Of a DNA stretch of 64,000 nucleotides, positions 17,447 through 26,934 are shown piece after piece (the stretch's first letter is position 1; each line of letters starts with the position of its first letter). A program made the translations under genes and the position numbers. The stretch lies in IMG/VR virus record IMGVR_UViG_3300020045_006153, positions 179,550-243,549 of that record; one strand, written 5' to 3'. The stretch comes from a virus. Taxonomy: Duplodnaviria > Heunggongvirae > Uroviricota > Caudoviricetes. The notes beneath the pieces are model-generated. The model ran no database searches, was not told where the DNA came from, and saw nothing but the letters and a program-made list of their open reading frames with translations.

Positions 17447-18181
17447 TTATGCTTGAGCAGGAACGATATATTTGTAAGTTGCCAATCCGCTATCCATTGT
17501 AATTTGTAATGCACCGGCATCGGAAATACTTAGTTTACAATTGTTCACATCTGCAATTTTAAGGATGCTAAGAATAGCAGTAACGGGCCAAGTATACGCT
17601 TTTGTTAGTTTTCCCGTTACTCCGGTTGCAAAAATAAATTCACCGCCATGAGAACTAGCATCACCGAAAATAAATTTTAAGTTAGTTCCATCAGTTTTAA
17701 CTAAGAATGTAGTATGTTCGCTGTTTGCACCTGCTTGGAATGCAAAACGTTGCACTGCCTGTAAAGTTGGTGTAACTTCAACATCCCAATTTGCTCCACG
17801 GAATTTAACAGTTTTCAACTTTTCATTAATAACTTCGGTATTCATGAAACGATAATCGTTCTTAAAATCTCCGTTTTCGTTTTCAAAGTGGATGCCAACT
17901 GGAATAGTTTCATCATTACGAACCGCATTTACAATCTCAAGTTTAGCCTTGTTTTTGTATTCTGATCCTTCTAGCAAATATTTCAACTTGTTTAGTTGAG
18001 GCATTCCAAATACACCTACCATTTCCTTATACGGAGTAGTAGTTTCTGCGTACATAATAACTGTACGATCATCTGCCATAGAGTCAATCTTTGTAGACTT
18101 ATTGTCACCTGTAATCTTTACAATATTTAAAAAGCCTAGATTATGTGTATGGCTTACGATGTCTTGGAGAATTTCTTTCAT
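17447..18181 (-). CDS. Probable DNA polymerase sliding clamp (PCNA/gp45-like)
   Basis: 244 aa with two-domain alpha/beta periodicity and a terminal YIVPA beta strand; directly downstream of polB; clamp loader present at 36030. Confidence 0.6.
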   Translation of the reverse strand: MKEILQDIVSHTHNLGFLNIVKITGDNKSTKIDSMADDRTVIMYAETTTPYKEMVGVFGMPQLNKLKYLLEGSEYKNKAKLEIVNAVRNDETIPVGIHFENENGDFKNDYRFMNTEVINEKLKTVKFRGANWDVEVTPTLQAVQRFAFQAGANSEHTTFLVKTDGTNLKFIFGDASSHGGEFIFATGVTGKLTKAYTWPVTAILSILKIADVNNCKLSISDAGALQITMDSGLATYKYIVPAQA

Positions 18182-18202
18182 TTTAATAGTTTCCTTTTAT
18201 AT

Positions 18203-18231
18203 AGTATATTTAGAATTTCAAATAAGGTCAA
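18203..18231 (-). promoter_or_regulatory. sigma70 promoter (with overlapping TAAATA) for the clamp-transglycosylase-nuclease unit
   Basis: TTGACC-N17-TATACT; TAAATA at 18212-18207. Confidence 0.7.
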
Positions 18232-18238
18232 TTGTTTT

Positions 18239-20908
18239 TTAATCAAAAGAAAACAACGATCCAAATGTATTTGTTTGTGTAGTGGATTCTAAATCCCAAT
18301 CCAATACACCAATTAAGTTATCAATTTTATTATTGATAATAGATGTTTCCATTTCTGCGTGATCAAACGGTAGTTCTTGAAACCATTTAGGTAAATGCAA
18401 TACATCAACTGGATATGCAATACTAGTGTATCCCAACGGATTAGGACGCATTTTACAAACAATTACTTTCATACCGTCAACAATTGCAGACGAATACTTA
18501 TCACCGTTCATTCGTTTTAATGTATTCCAATTAATTGCTGCACGAACATGCCCTGGCATATTTGCCCTACCTGCTTTCTCTTCTTTTATTTGATATGCAG
18601 CAATATTGTTTGCACGTTTTGGAGAACCTTTTTCCCAGCCTGGCCGTTCTTTAAATACTGTTCTGAATTCAGAAATCATTTGTAGAATTTCTTTTTCTTT
18701 TGCATCATTAAGTACTTTATCCAATATCTTACTAAGGAAGTTTTGCATAAATTCAGGGGTGTCAGACCGCTTTAAATCCAGCCCCATTGCCTTGATTTTG
18801 CCTGGTTTCCCGTCTAAATCTTGTCTTTTTCCGTCTTTATCGTAGTATAAAACTGCGTAACGTTTTTTAGTAATAAATAGACCTTTAGACGCAACAATTT
18901 CTCGACCTGCTTTAATAACTGCACCGCGGCTTTTTGGACAATGAAACTCGTCCAACATAAGTTGAGGGAAGGTGCTGTTAACTTCATCAGCCACTGTGTC
19001 ATATAATTGAATAACAGTATCACGATCCCATGGAATTAACCCTGCATCGATTTCTTTCTTCAAGATCGGATATGCTGAAAAATACGCAGAGTCAGTATCA
19101 CCGTAAATAATACTTTTACCAACGTGATTATATTCACCTGTAATAATTTCATTTACTTTTGCAGCCATATGTTTTGCAATTCTTCGACCAGTTAATGTAG
19201 TCGATTGTCCGATTCGATTATCAAAAAATCTGCAACCTGGATTTAAAATAGCACCGTACAAACTATTCAAATTAATTTTCTTAACTAATTGACGTTTATC
19301 CCAATATTCTTCTTCAACAGAATTACCAGCATCAATTGCTGCTTTAAGTTTCTTCTGCATATCTTTACGTTCGGAATACCAACGTGCGAGCAATCCGGGA
19401 ATAATCCCTTCCTGATCATATGTAAAAATCGTTCCATTTGCACTCAGCATCCATGGTTTGTTACTTTCGTAAATCAAATCATAAATTTGTGCACCGGATG
19501 CAATTTCACTTGATCCATTTTCCCAATCAACTGTAATTTCATTTGCAATATCTTTTGCCATTACAAATTCATATTCGTTAGCACCAAACTTACCTTCCCA
19601 TGCTGCGGCAAAACTTGCACCCTTCGCTATCTTGGCTTCAATTTCAGATTTAGTATAATCTTGACGAAGTTGACCAATAATTGTTTCAGGTCCCATGTTT
19701 AATGCACGAATAGCAGAAGGATATAGTGAGTTAATATCCATTGAGCCAATCCAATCATGCAACCCTTTCTTCGGGTATGCAACATATGCGCCTGCTGCTT
19801 GATTATCTATACTATCATCTCTAGCAGCCCGATCAGGAACAATTAATCCACGAGCATGTGCTTCGTTAATAATAGCCTGCTCGGTTACAGCAACTGCGCC
19901 CATTGTAGTTTGTAATAGAACAGTGTTTTCATGTGCAAGCGTATTTGCAAGATCCATGAACTTCAATTTTTTATCCAACTTGTCAAGAAGCATTGTATCC
20001 TGTCTGTTGTATAAAATAAATGTTCTGAAATCATTATTATACAATTGATCTAAGGTACCTTCGTATTGCGTCTTACGTTCATTAAGTTCGTATTCTCCAA
20101 TTGCGTCCAATGAATAACTATGCCGTTCTTCATACGTGTACTTACGATACAGATTCAAACTGTCAAGGTGCACACGCCCGATTAAGTCATATGTAGATGC
20201 TGCCTTACCATACTTTTCATATTCACGCTTCTTTGGAAACTTATTCCACAAACAGAACCTGCGCGTATCTTCTTTGCTTAGTGCTTTAGTAACACGATTA
20301 ACAGTGTAAGGAACGTCAAATCCTTCACTATTCCATCCAGAAATAACATCAGCATCTTCGATTAAGTTTAGAAAAGTATCTAACACTTCTGCTTCTGTTT
20401 CAAACAAAATAGTGTTTGGGATATCTTTAACTAATTCTTGTGCTTCGGACATTGTTAATGTTTTTGGAGGAACCGCAAGACATATCAATGTGTCTAACCA
20501 TTGTAGGTAGACAGCAATCGCAGTAATTGGCATAAATGCATCTTCAGGTGATGCATATCCGCGCTCTGGATCAAAGTCTACCTCAATATCCCAAAATGCT
20601 ACATTTAATTTAGGAGCATCTTTACCTAGGTAATTTTCTTCAAGCGTACGAAACACAGGTTTAACATCACTCTCATATAAAGTGTGATCTCCGTGTATTC
20701 TTAATTCTTTCTGAAATTCTTTTTGCGTTTTGCAAACAATTTTGCCTAACGATTCATTAAAAATGCTTTTAAACTTCCCTTTTTGATCAGGGTAATAAAA
20801 CATATAACGAGCAGGGTAATCTTGATAGATTCGTCCTAATTTTGGGTCACGTTCAACAACTTGTACAATGTCGTTGTCGCGATCCCAGTTTGCGTCTACA
20901 TAACTCAT
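18239..20908 (-). CDS. Family B DNA polymerase (gp43-like)
   Basis: Exo motifs DIE, GWNS.GFD, YN.QD; pol motifs DINSLYPS, KINLNSLYG, YGDTDS, KKRY; start revised to 20908 (AAGGAG SD). Confidence 0.97.
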   Translation of the reverse strand: MSYVDANWDRDNDIVQVVERDPKLGRIYQDYPARYMFYYPDQKGKFKSIFNESLGKIVCKTQKEFQKELRIHGDHTLYESDVKPVFRTLEENYLGKDAPKLNVAFWDIEVDFDPERGYASPEDAFMPITAIAVYLQWLDTLICLAVPPKTLTMSEAQELVKDIPNTILFETEAEVLDTFLNLIEDADVISGWNSEGFDVPYTVNRVTKALSKEDTRRFCLWNKFPKKREYEKYGKAASTYDLIGRVHLDSLNLYRKYTYEERHSYSLDAIGEYELNERKTQYEGTLDQLYNNDFRTFILYNRQDTMLLDKLDKKLKFMDLANTLAHENTVLLQTTMGAVAVTEQAIINEAHARGLIVPDRAARDDSIDNQAAGAYVAYPKKGLHDWIGSMDINSLYPSAIRALNMGPETIIGQLRQDYTKSEIEAKIAKGASFAAAWEGKFGANEYEFVMAKDIANEITVDWENGSSEIASGAQIYDLIYESNKPWMLSANGTIFTYDQEGIIPGLLARWYSERKDMQKKLKAAIDAGNSVEEEYWDKRQLVKKINLNSLYGAILNPGCRFFDNRIGQSTTLTGRRIAKHMAAKVNEIITGEYNHVGKSIIYGDTDSAYFSAYPILKKEIDAGLIPWDRDTVIQLYDTVADEVNSTFPQLMLDEFHCPKSRGAVIKAGREIVASKGLFITKKRYAVLYYDKDGKRQDLDGKPGKIKAMGLDLKRSDTPEFMQNFLSKILDKVLNDAKEKEILQMISEFRTVFKERPGWEKGSPKRANNIAAYQIKEEKAGRANMPGHVRAAINWNTLKRMNGDKYSSAIVDGMKVIVCKMRPNPLGYTSIAYPVDVLHLPKWFQELPFDHAEMETSIINNKIDNLIGVLDWDLESTTQTNTFGSLFSFD

Positions 20909-20917
20909 ATTTTCTCC

Positions 20918-20966
20918 TTGTCTTTTCCGGCAGACAAATACCAATTAATCATTTATGGCTGATTAA
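20918..20966 (-). promoter_or_regulatory. Twin RNA hairpins with 8-nt GCCNNAAA loops in the polymerase leader (putative translational operator)
   Basis: TTAATCA-GCCATAAA-TGATTAA and TTGTCT-GCCGGAAA-AGACAA; the second runs into the SD. Confidence 0.65.
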
Positions 20967-20975
20967 ACCTTTCTC

Positions 20976-21263
20976 TTAATTAGTTAGCATTCTCACTAAT
21001 GCAATGCTGTCAATAGTGACCAACAACATATAATTAGCAACCATCCCTGTACTACCCCTTGTTTTTGCAGCCCACCCAAATACTGCACATTGCGCAATAA
21101 ACAAAGGGTATAAAATAAGAAAGGGAGGATGAGGAACAGTTAGTGCCATTGTAATGCTACAACCGATACTAACTGCCCATGCTAATATTTCAAGAGTAAA
21201 TCGAAGAGGATATGTAGAATAATCCTTTTTAGCCCATGCTAGTATACCTTGAATAAATTGCAT
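20976..21263 (-). CDS. Small membrane protein
   Basis: Three hydrophobic segments in 95 aa. Confidence 0.75.
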   Translation of the reverse strand: MQFIQGILAWAKKDYSTYPLRFTLEILAWAVSIGCSITMALTVPHPPFLILYPLFIAQCAVFGWAAKTRGSTGMVANYMLLVTIDSIALVRMLTN

Positions 21264-21530
21264 TTATTCCTTACGATTTGCGTGGCCAGAAATGTCCACA
21301 ATAGTTTCAAGATCGTCGAATTCACGGAATACTTGATCCCATTGATCTTTGAGTGCGATGCGAATTGCTTTCTTAATAACTCCAGGCTTTACCTCAAGTT
21401 CTTCTGCAACTGCTTTAATAGTATCGTTCAGACCTTCATTAAGGTCCTGAATTTCCTGCATGACGGTAACGCCTTCGGAAATGATCTGTTTAATTTTTGC
21501 CTGTTCGGGCGCGCCAAATGCTTTGCTCAT
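21264..21530 (-). CDS. Probable dsDNA-binding protein (T4 DsbA/GapR-like)
   Basis: 88-aa helical pattern EIQDLNE.L.D.IK.VAEE....PGVIKKAIRI; strong SD. Confidence 0.55.
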   Translation of the reverse strand: MSKAFGAPEQAKIKQIISEGVTVMQEIQDLNEGLNDTIKAVAEELEVKPGVIKKAIRIALKDQWDQVFREFDDLETIVDISGHANRKE

Positions 21531-21550
21531 ATAAAACTCCTTATCTGTTT

Positions 21551-21579
21551 ATTATAGACAGGTAGTATTTAAAGAGCAA
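21551..21579 (-). promoter_or_regulatory. sigma70 promoter with embedded TAAATA
   Basis: TTGCTC-N17-TATAAT; TAAATA at 21571-21566. Confidence 0.65.
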
Positions 21580-21593
21580 GCAAGGGTGGACGT

Positions 21594-22871
21594 TTATTTC
21601 TTTTTATTAATTAACTCTTCAAGCACGTTATGCAGGAAATCTGTATATGATTCTTTAAGTTTCTGTTTGCGCAATGGTTCAAAAGTTTCTTGAACTCTTG
21701 CATCACCTTTAGCCTTTGCAGTGTCTCGCGCTTTCTTTTCTGCAGCCTTTTCCTCAGCATGACGTTTAACTATATATGCTTTTGTAGCAGATGATTTAGT
21801 AGGATTAGGATCCATTGATGCTTTATACCCAATGTTCTTTGCAATTTTATCATAGTCACGTAATTCACTAATTCGATCTTCTTCTACATTTCTAGAAGTA
21901 GCAATTGTTAAACCAGGTTGTTTCATCTGCATAACATCACCTTTTGCTTGAACTGTACTTTGATAAATTAACGGATACATATAAGTATTATCATCAATTT
22001 GATCTTGGTCACCTAACACATAACGGCCATTAGGAACTAACTTTGCAGCGTTTGCTTCTTTTGGGCTTAATGTAATACAAGGTAAGCGAACTGTTCCACT
22101 TGTAATTTTTTCTTTTTGTGTTCTGATAGCACTAGATTTAAATCCTTTTTGACGTTCTGTTGAAAATATCAAAACAGGTTGTCCATTATCTTGATCAACA
22201 GTTGCAAAGAATGTTTCACCTTCTGGTGCAAATTGTCTAGCAAATGCAACATTGAAGTCAATAGTAACGTTACTTGTCGATTGTTGTGTTTGGCCGCCGC
22301 CGGAAGTAATCCACGCTTTTGCTGCTGCAAGTGCGGCTTCAGCAGAAACTTCAGATCCTTTGTTTTTTATATCACCTCTACGATCAAGAACAGCCCATTG
22401 TACATTGTTAGATGCTGGACGATAACGAATAGTCCAACCGTTAAAGTCTACGTCTTTCGTTGATGCTTTCGGTGCTGCCACTGGGACATGTTGCTTATCA
22501 AGAATATCTTTAAATTGGTTCATATCTTCATTCTTGGCATCGTTTGCAAACTGCTTATTTGTTGCTTTTACAATACCAGAAAATCGTTTGTTCGCTTTAG
22601 CAGTGTCGCCTTTTTTGTCCGCAGCACTTGCATCTTTACTTGCTGCTGTCTTATACTTTGCTAACTTAGTTGTAGATAATTCTGCCACTAACGTTTCAGC
22701 CATGTCGAAAGACTTATTCTTATGCTTCTGTCCGCGAGTAGCATTATCGGAATCTCTCTTAGATTTATTAACCATACGTCCGGCTGCGCCACCGCCGATT
22801 GCAGCAGAAGCATTTTTTGCTACAGGATTGGTTGGTTGTTGTTTTGGTAGTTTTGTAGGAGTTTTTGCCAT
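21594..22871 (-). CDS. Hypothetical Lys/Ala-rich protein, possible head-internal protein
   Basis: Basic low-complexity segments separated by hydrophobic-x-E sites (LVAE, RISE, KLKE). Confidence 0.65.
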   Translation of the reverse strand: MAKTPTKLPKQQPTNPVAKNASAAIGGGAAGRMVNKSKRDSDNATRGQKHKNKSFDMAETLVAELSTTKLAKYKTAASKDASAADKKGDTAKANKRFSGIVKATNKQFANDAKNEDMNQFKDILDKQHVPVAAPKASTKDVDFNGWTIRYRPASNNVQWAVLDRRGDIKNKGSEVSAEAALAAAKAWITSGGGQTQQSTSNVTIDFNVAFARQFAPEGETFFATVDQDNGQPVLIFSTERQKGFKSSAIRTQKEKITSGTVRLPCITLSPKEANAAKLVPNGRYVLGDQDQIDDNTYMYPLIYQSTVQAKGDVMQMKQPGLTIATSRNVEEDRISELRDYDKIAKNIGYKASMDPNPTKSSATKAYIVKRHAEEKAAEKKARDTAKAKGDARVQETFEPLRKQKLKESYTDFLHNVLEELINKKK

Positions 22872-22873
22872 GG

Positions 22874-23119
22874 TTATCTCTTTATTGCTGGTCCACCGAA
22901 TATGGACGTACCTTTCATATTTAATGCATTGTCAGTAGGTGACTGACTCTTAGGTTTAGGTTGCGGCGGAGCCTTAGTTCCACTTTTGCCCGGTGTGCCA
23001 GTATAAGAAGACTTGCCTCTTGCTTTACCTGGACTTAAATGAGGATTTGTAACTGTAGCAATGCTACCGCTTGATGTCGCACCTGCTGTTGCTGCTTCTA
23101 ATAAATCTGCTATTTTCAT
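22874..23119 (-). CDS. Small basic protein with MKIADLLE N-terminus
   Basis: 81 aa, coupled in operon. Confidence 0.7.
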   Translation of the reverse strand: MKIADLLEAATAGATSSGSIATVTNPHLSPGKARGKSSYTGTPGKSGTKAPPQPKPKSQSPTDNALNMKGTSIFGGPAIKR

Positions 23120-23475
23120 TTTGAAAGTTTGCTCCTATTTGGTGTAGGACTAACAGTATTAGTAGATAATAATTCAATAGACCCGTCGCCAGTTAAATTA
23201 GTAGGAGTAACTCCCATTATTTTTGCTGCTGCTTTAGTAATTTCTTTTTCTGCAGACGAATAACCAAGAGTAGTAAATGAACTACCAACTGGTCCTTTTT
23301 TATCCATATCATCTGATGGTGCGCCGGCCATTGCAATACCAAACCGATATGCAAGATACGGATTATTGTTATTGTCTAATTCAGGCCAAGTTTCCATATT
23401 AGACATCGACTGACTAGTTGATTTTCTCAACTTCGATCGTGCTTTACCTTCATTAACAAATTCCGATGCTCTCAT
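23116..23475 (-). CDS. Hypothetical protein with MRASEFVNE N-terminus
   Basis: 119 aa, ATGA coupling. Confidence 0.7.
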   Translation of the reverse strand: MRASEFVNEGKARSKLRKSTSQSMSNMETWPELDNNNNPYLAYRFGIAMAGAPSDDMDKKGPVGSSFTTLGYSSAEKEITKAAAKIMGVTPTNLTGDGSIELLSTNTVSPTPNRSKLSK

Positions 23476-23750
23476 GTTCTTCCTTGTTTACCGTACCATA
23501 ATTCAAACCAAGCAACTGTGCCTGGTTTAATATTATTGTCTTTCATATATTTGGCTTTATCAACTTGCCCATTATTTACCTTATTTGCTGCTTCTGTTTT
23601 TGCTCTATATTCGTCTAGTTTTACCTGAGCACCTAACCCACCTAAATATGCAGAAATTTTTAATTCATGTATTGGATCGTTTGGTGCAAGATAGCAATCA
23701 TCAGGGCTATCCTGTGATATGTTTTCTTTTGTTATATAATATTGCTTCAT
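23472..23750 (-). CDS. Hypothetical protein
   Basis: 92 aa, ATGA coupling. Confidence 0.7.
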   Translation of the reverse strand: MKQYYITKENISQDSPDDCYLAPNDPIHELKISAYLGGLGAQVKLDEYRAKTEAANKVNNGQVDKAKYMKDNNIKPGTVAWFELWYGKQGRT

Positions 23751-25084
23751 TTCGATTCAAGCATTTTTATAAGATTATGCATTGTCTTTTCAACATCTTC
23801 GCTAACTGGAATTTGTTTAGATCTAGATTTATTACGAATTGCTTCTTGCATTACCATGTTAAGACGATTCATTTCTTGCTTTAATGCCTGCAATTTATTA
23901 GGCGAACGAGCAATTGCATTTCGAATATCACCAGAAATACTTTTAGGCAATGATGCTAAGATATCATTTACAATTTTGTCAACCTGTGCATTTTGTTGTC
24001 CAGGTAACGTATTTTTAGGAGTCTTAGCCGCTGGTTCGTCATATTCATCCTCGTCACCTTGTGCTTCTAAATCACTAAGATAATTACTGTATTCTTCGCG
24101 CGCCTGCATCCATACTTGTGATTTGCGAGCAAGTTCTTTGTCTCCTAATCTTGTACCAATTTGCAAAAGAATGTCAGGTAATTCTTTTGCAAGTGAATTA
24201 AAATTCGAAGGTAATGTTGACAAGAATGTGTTTAATGGTGCTGCATATTGTGGAGATTGTTGCGTTAAATGGCGCAACTCTTTACCTAATTTGTTAAAGT
24301 AAAATGTATCATACCAACGTTTTGCTGCTCCGGCCGCAACCATTTGAAACCCTTTTAAGTCACCTTTATTTGCATAAAATTGTTTGGCCATTTGTTTCAT
24401 AGTTGCATACAATTGTAATACTGGTTCACCGATATCGTTAGTAATTGCACGAACTGTAGATTTTAATTCAGGCCCTTCGTTAATTTTTATATCAGTGTTA
24501 TCCATAAATTTTTTCATTGGTGTTAATCCTTGTTTCACATGTTGCATTAAATCATTTGCATCATCTTCACTAATAGTAGAAGGCATTCCTTGCATAAATG
24601 ACGCTATATCATTATTTATTGCTGCTTCTCGCATTTTAGTTCCGGACATTCCTGAGGGACCATCTGAATCAGGATCTCGTTCACCTGCAGACATAACTTT
24701 GATATTTTCAAAGTTAAAATCTTTTCCGTTGTAATCATTTAATATTTTGTTAAATGATTGTATACGATCTGATCCAGCAATCATAATTAAATTTTTATAT
24801 GTTTTATTTAAATGTTTCGCTGCTTCAACAAAAGTACGAATATTAGAATCTGCTGCAATAAAATAAATCGTTGGGAATATCTTTTTGAGATATTGCATTT
24901 TAACATCAATAGATAATGGATTATTTTTACCGTCTTGTGTTTTAGAAACATAAACAACATACGCTGCATTATGCAAATTTGCAATATTTTTAACCTGATT
25001 AACTAATATTTCATGTCCAGTAGTAGGAGGTTGAAATCTACCAAATGCAAATACTACAGTGTCTTGTTTTGGATTGTTAAACAT
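23747..25084 (-). CDS. HIGH-superfamily (cytidylyltransferase-like) nucleotidyltransferase with ~240-aa C-terminal extension
   Basis: FGRFQPPTTGH, KNNPL, AGSDR, SAGERDPD, MSGTKMR. Confidence 0.88.
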   Translation of the reverse strand: MFNNPKQDTVVFAFGRFQPPTTGHEILVNQVKNIANLHNAAYVVYVSKTQDGKNNPLSIDVKMQYLKKIFPTIYFIAADSNIRTFVEAAKHLNKTYKNLIMIAGSDRIQSFNKILNDYNGKDFNFENIKVMSAGERDPDSDGPSGMSGTKMREAAINNDIASFMQGMPSTISEDDANDLMQHVKQGLTPMKKFMDNTDIKINEGPELKSTVRAITNDIGEPVLQLYATMKQMAKQFYANKGDLKGFQMVAAGAAKRWYDTFYFNKLGKELRHLTQQSPQYAAPLNTFLSTLPSNFNSLAKELPDILLQIGTRLGDKELARKSQVWMQAREEYSNYLSDLEAQGDEDEYDEPAAKTPKNTLPGQQNAQVDKIVNDILASLPKSISGDIRNAIARSPNKLQALKQEMNRLNMVMQEAIRNKSRSKQIPVSEDVEKTMHNLIKMLESK

Positions 25085-25955
25085 TTGATTCCTTAAATGC
25101 GTCTGTTACTTTATTTAATGATTCAATTTTTTCATCACCTTTTGGCGTATTAACTTCTCCAGATTTAACAGAAATCATTGATCCAAATATACCTTTGATT
25201 CGATTTCTGCTTCTTGGATGTTTGATAAGTCTTTTGCTTTGTTGCAGCAAGTTATCAAAACTAGAATTCAATTTATACTGATATAGCAATTTTTGCAGAA
25301 CGTCAAAGTCGCGAGAAGTGTAAACAATAGTGCGTGACTTTTGTTTAAAAGATTCTGGTTCGTAAGTAACTTTTCTTAATTGTAGTTCAACACTAGATAG
25401 GTTAAATTCATATTCCTGATTGGTTGGAAGTTGGGTAGGTTCAGTTATATTAACTTTTTTAAACAGCGTGTGCAACGGTGTTTCGATGGTAGAAACTTTA
25501 ACCAATCCTAACACTAATCCCTGTACCGATGCAGGCATATCTAAAAATTGTTGTTTAAATACTGCTTCTTCTTTATCGAGAGCAACAATATTATCAATCT
25601 GTGCACTATAACCCAATACATTGTCATAGTAGCGAATTGTCACTAATTCACCTGCATTGTATGTTTTACGACCAGCATGTTTGTCTGAAGTAAACGGTAC
25701 AACAACATTGTCTGGCAAAGTTGAAAAGAAATTAACTAGTTGTTCTTTAACGACTGATTTAGAATGTGCAGACTCGATTAAAGTTATTAAATCAATATCT
25801 CCAAAATCAGTTTTAACAAGATTCGAGTTAAAACTGCCTGATGGATGTACTGAAACAAATCCTGGAAACTTAGAAATGAGAGATGTGTAAGATTTTACAA
25901 ATTGTACAAAATCCTCACGACTTTTTATACGAGGAGCGCCGGTTGAACCTGACAT
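25077..25955 (-). CDS. Pol-beta superfamily nucleotidyltransferase
   Basis: SGS...FGDIDL and distal AQID catalytic Asp. Confidence 0.7.
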   Translation of the reverse strand: MSGSTGAPRIKSREDFVQFVKSYTSLISKFPGFVSVHPSGSFNSNLVKTDFGDIDLITLIESAHSKSVVKEQLVNFFSTLPDNVVVPFTSDKHAGRKTYNAGELVTIRYYDNVLGYSAQIDNIVALDKEEAVFKQQFLDMPASVQGLVLGLVKVSTIETPLHTLFKKVNITEPTQLPTNQEYEFNLSSVELQLRKVTYEPESFKQKSRTIVYTSRDFDVLQKLLYQYKLNSSFDNLLQQSKRLIKHPRSRNRIKGIFGSMISVKSGEVNTPKGDEKIESLNKVTDAFKESNV

Positions 25956-26893
25956 TATACAATCCTTAGTGCAGAATTTTCTGGAAGAAATTTCCCTGTT
26001 AGACCTAAAATATCTTTACGTTTAATCCATTCTGATTGCATATCATCCGGAATATCAGCACGGGTCGAATCCAATATTTTAAAATAAATGGTTAGCATCA
26101 TGCTATATTGAATTGTAGAAAGTTTATCTTTTAGTAAATCATGTAATTTATAATAATCTTCAACATCTAATTGAGTAATAGTAAATCCAAGTGCATTACT
26201 TAATACTGTTAATGCAGTAATCGGATCAGATGCAATTACTTTTCCAGTAGACTTATCCTTAACTCCGTTAATGTGATTAAATGACAAATTTGCAATCTGA
26301 AATAGGGCCAGCATTAATTGTGTACGATGTAAGCCTTTAACATTTGATCCATTAGGGTATGTTGAGGAATGGTAAGAAAATTGCAACCATTTTAAATCAC
26401 CTATCATCCAATCAATTTGTACACCTTTATTAGTAGGTTCACTATTTGTTTGAATTTGAGGATATAGGCCAAATATATTGCCGTCAGTTACTTTTTTTTC
26501 ATCACAAAATAAAGACGGAGCATGTGCATTAATATAAATTGTCAACTCTTTAAGAAATGCTTTCATTCTAAGTTGAGCAGGAGTAGACGTTCTTGCACGT
26601 TTTTGCAACAACTCAAATTCTTTAGATACTGCTACTGGATCAATTCCCCATTCTGCAATTGCAGTATTAGACATCGAGGCATCGAGTAAATTTAATGCAT
26701 CCACTCCTAAATCTATATCACCCGATGTAGAAGTTTTACCCACAGAACCAAGTGATACAAATGTATCACTGTTAAAAATAGTTGCTTTTTTTGGAAAAAG
26801 TTGTTGTAACTCTTTAAAATATGCCGAGAGGGTGAGAGGAATATCCTCTCGGTTTATGCGAGCAGTTTTACCTGCAAATACATTACCACCCAT
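25955..26893 (-). CDS. Pol-beta superfamily nucleotidyltransferase (MGGNVF type)
   Basis: LGSVGK...SGDIDL, VQIDWM, KG.HR; alternative start 26908. Confidence 0.75.
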   Translation of the reverse strand: MGGNVFAGKTARINREDIPLTLSAYFKELQQLFPKKATIFNSDTFVSLGSVGKTSTSGDIDLGVDALNLLDASMSNTAIAEWGIDPVAVSKEFELLQKRARTSTPAQLRMKAFLKELTIYINAHAPSLFCDEKKVTDGNIFGLYPQIQTNSEPTNKGVQIDWMIGDLKWLQFSYHSSTYPNGSNVKGLHRTQLMLALFQIANLSFNHINGVKDKSTGKVIASDPITALTVLSNALGFTITQLDVEDYYKLHDLLKDKLSTIQYSMMLTIYFKILDSTRADIPDDMQSEWIKRKDILGLTGKFLPENSALRIV

Positions 26894-26934
26894 TATGCGC
26901 ACCTGCATATTTAGATAGTGTAAAAAAAATCATG

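Noticed and set aside
15817-17520. Calling the transglycosylase a canonical tRNA-guanine transglycosylase (tgt), and the 17520 start
   Set aside because: No zinc-binding CxCxxC, much longer than Tgt, and linked to replication genes; the 17520 start overlaps the clamp gene by 74 nt. tRNA activity is not formally excluded
18239-20944. Intein or intron in the DNA polymerase (or in thyA or clpA)
   Set aside because: Lengths are normal, motifs are contiguous, and no intein C/HN termini or LAGLIDADG motifs were seen
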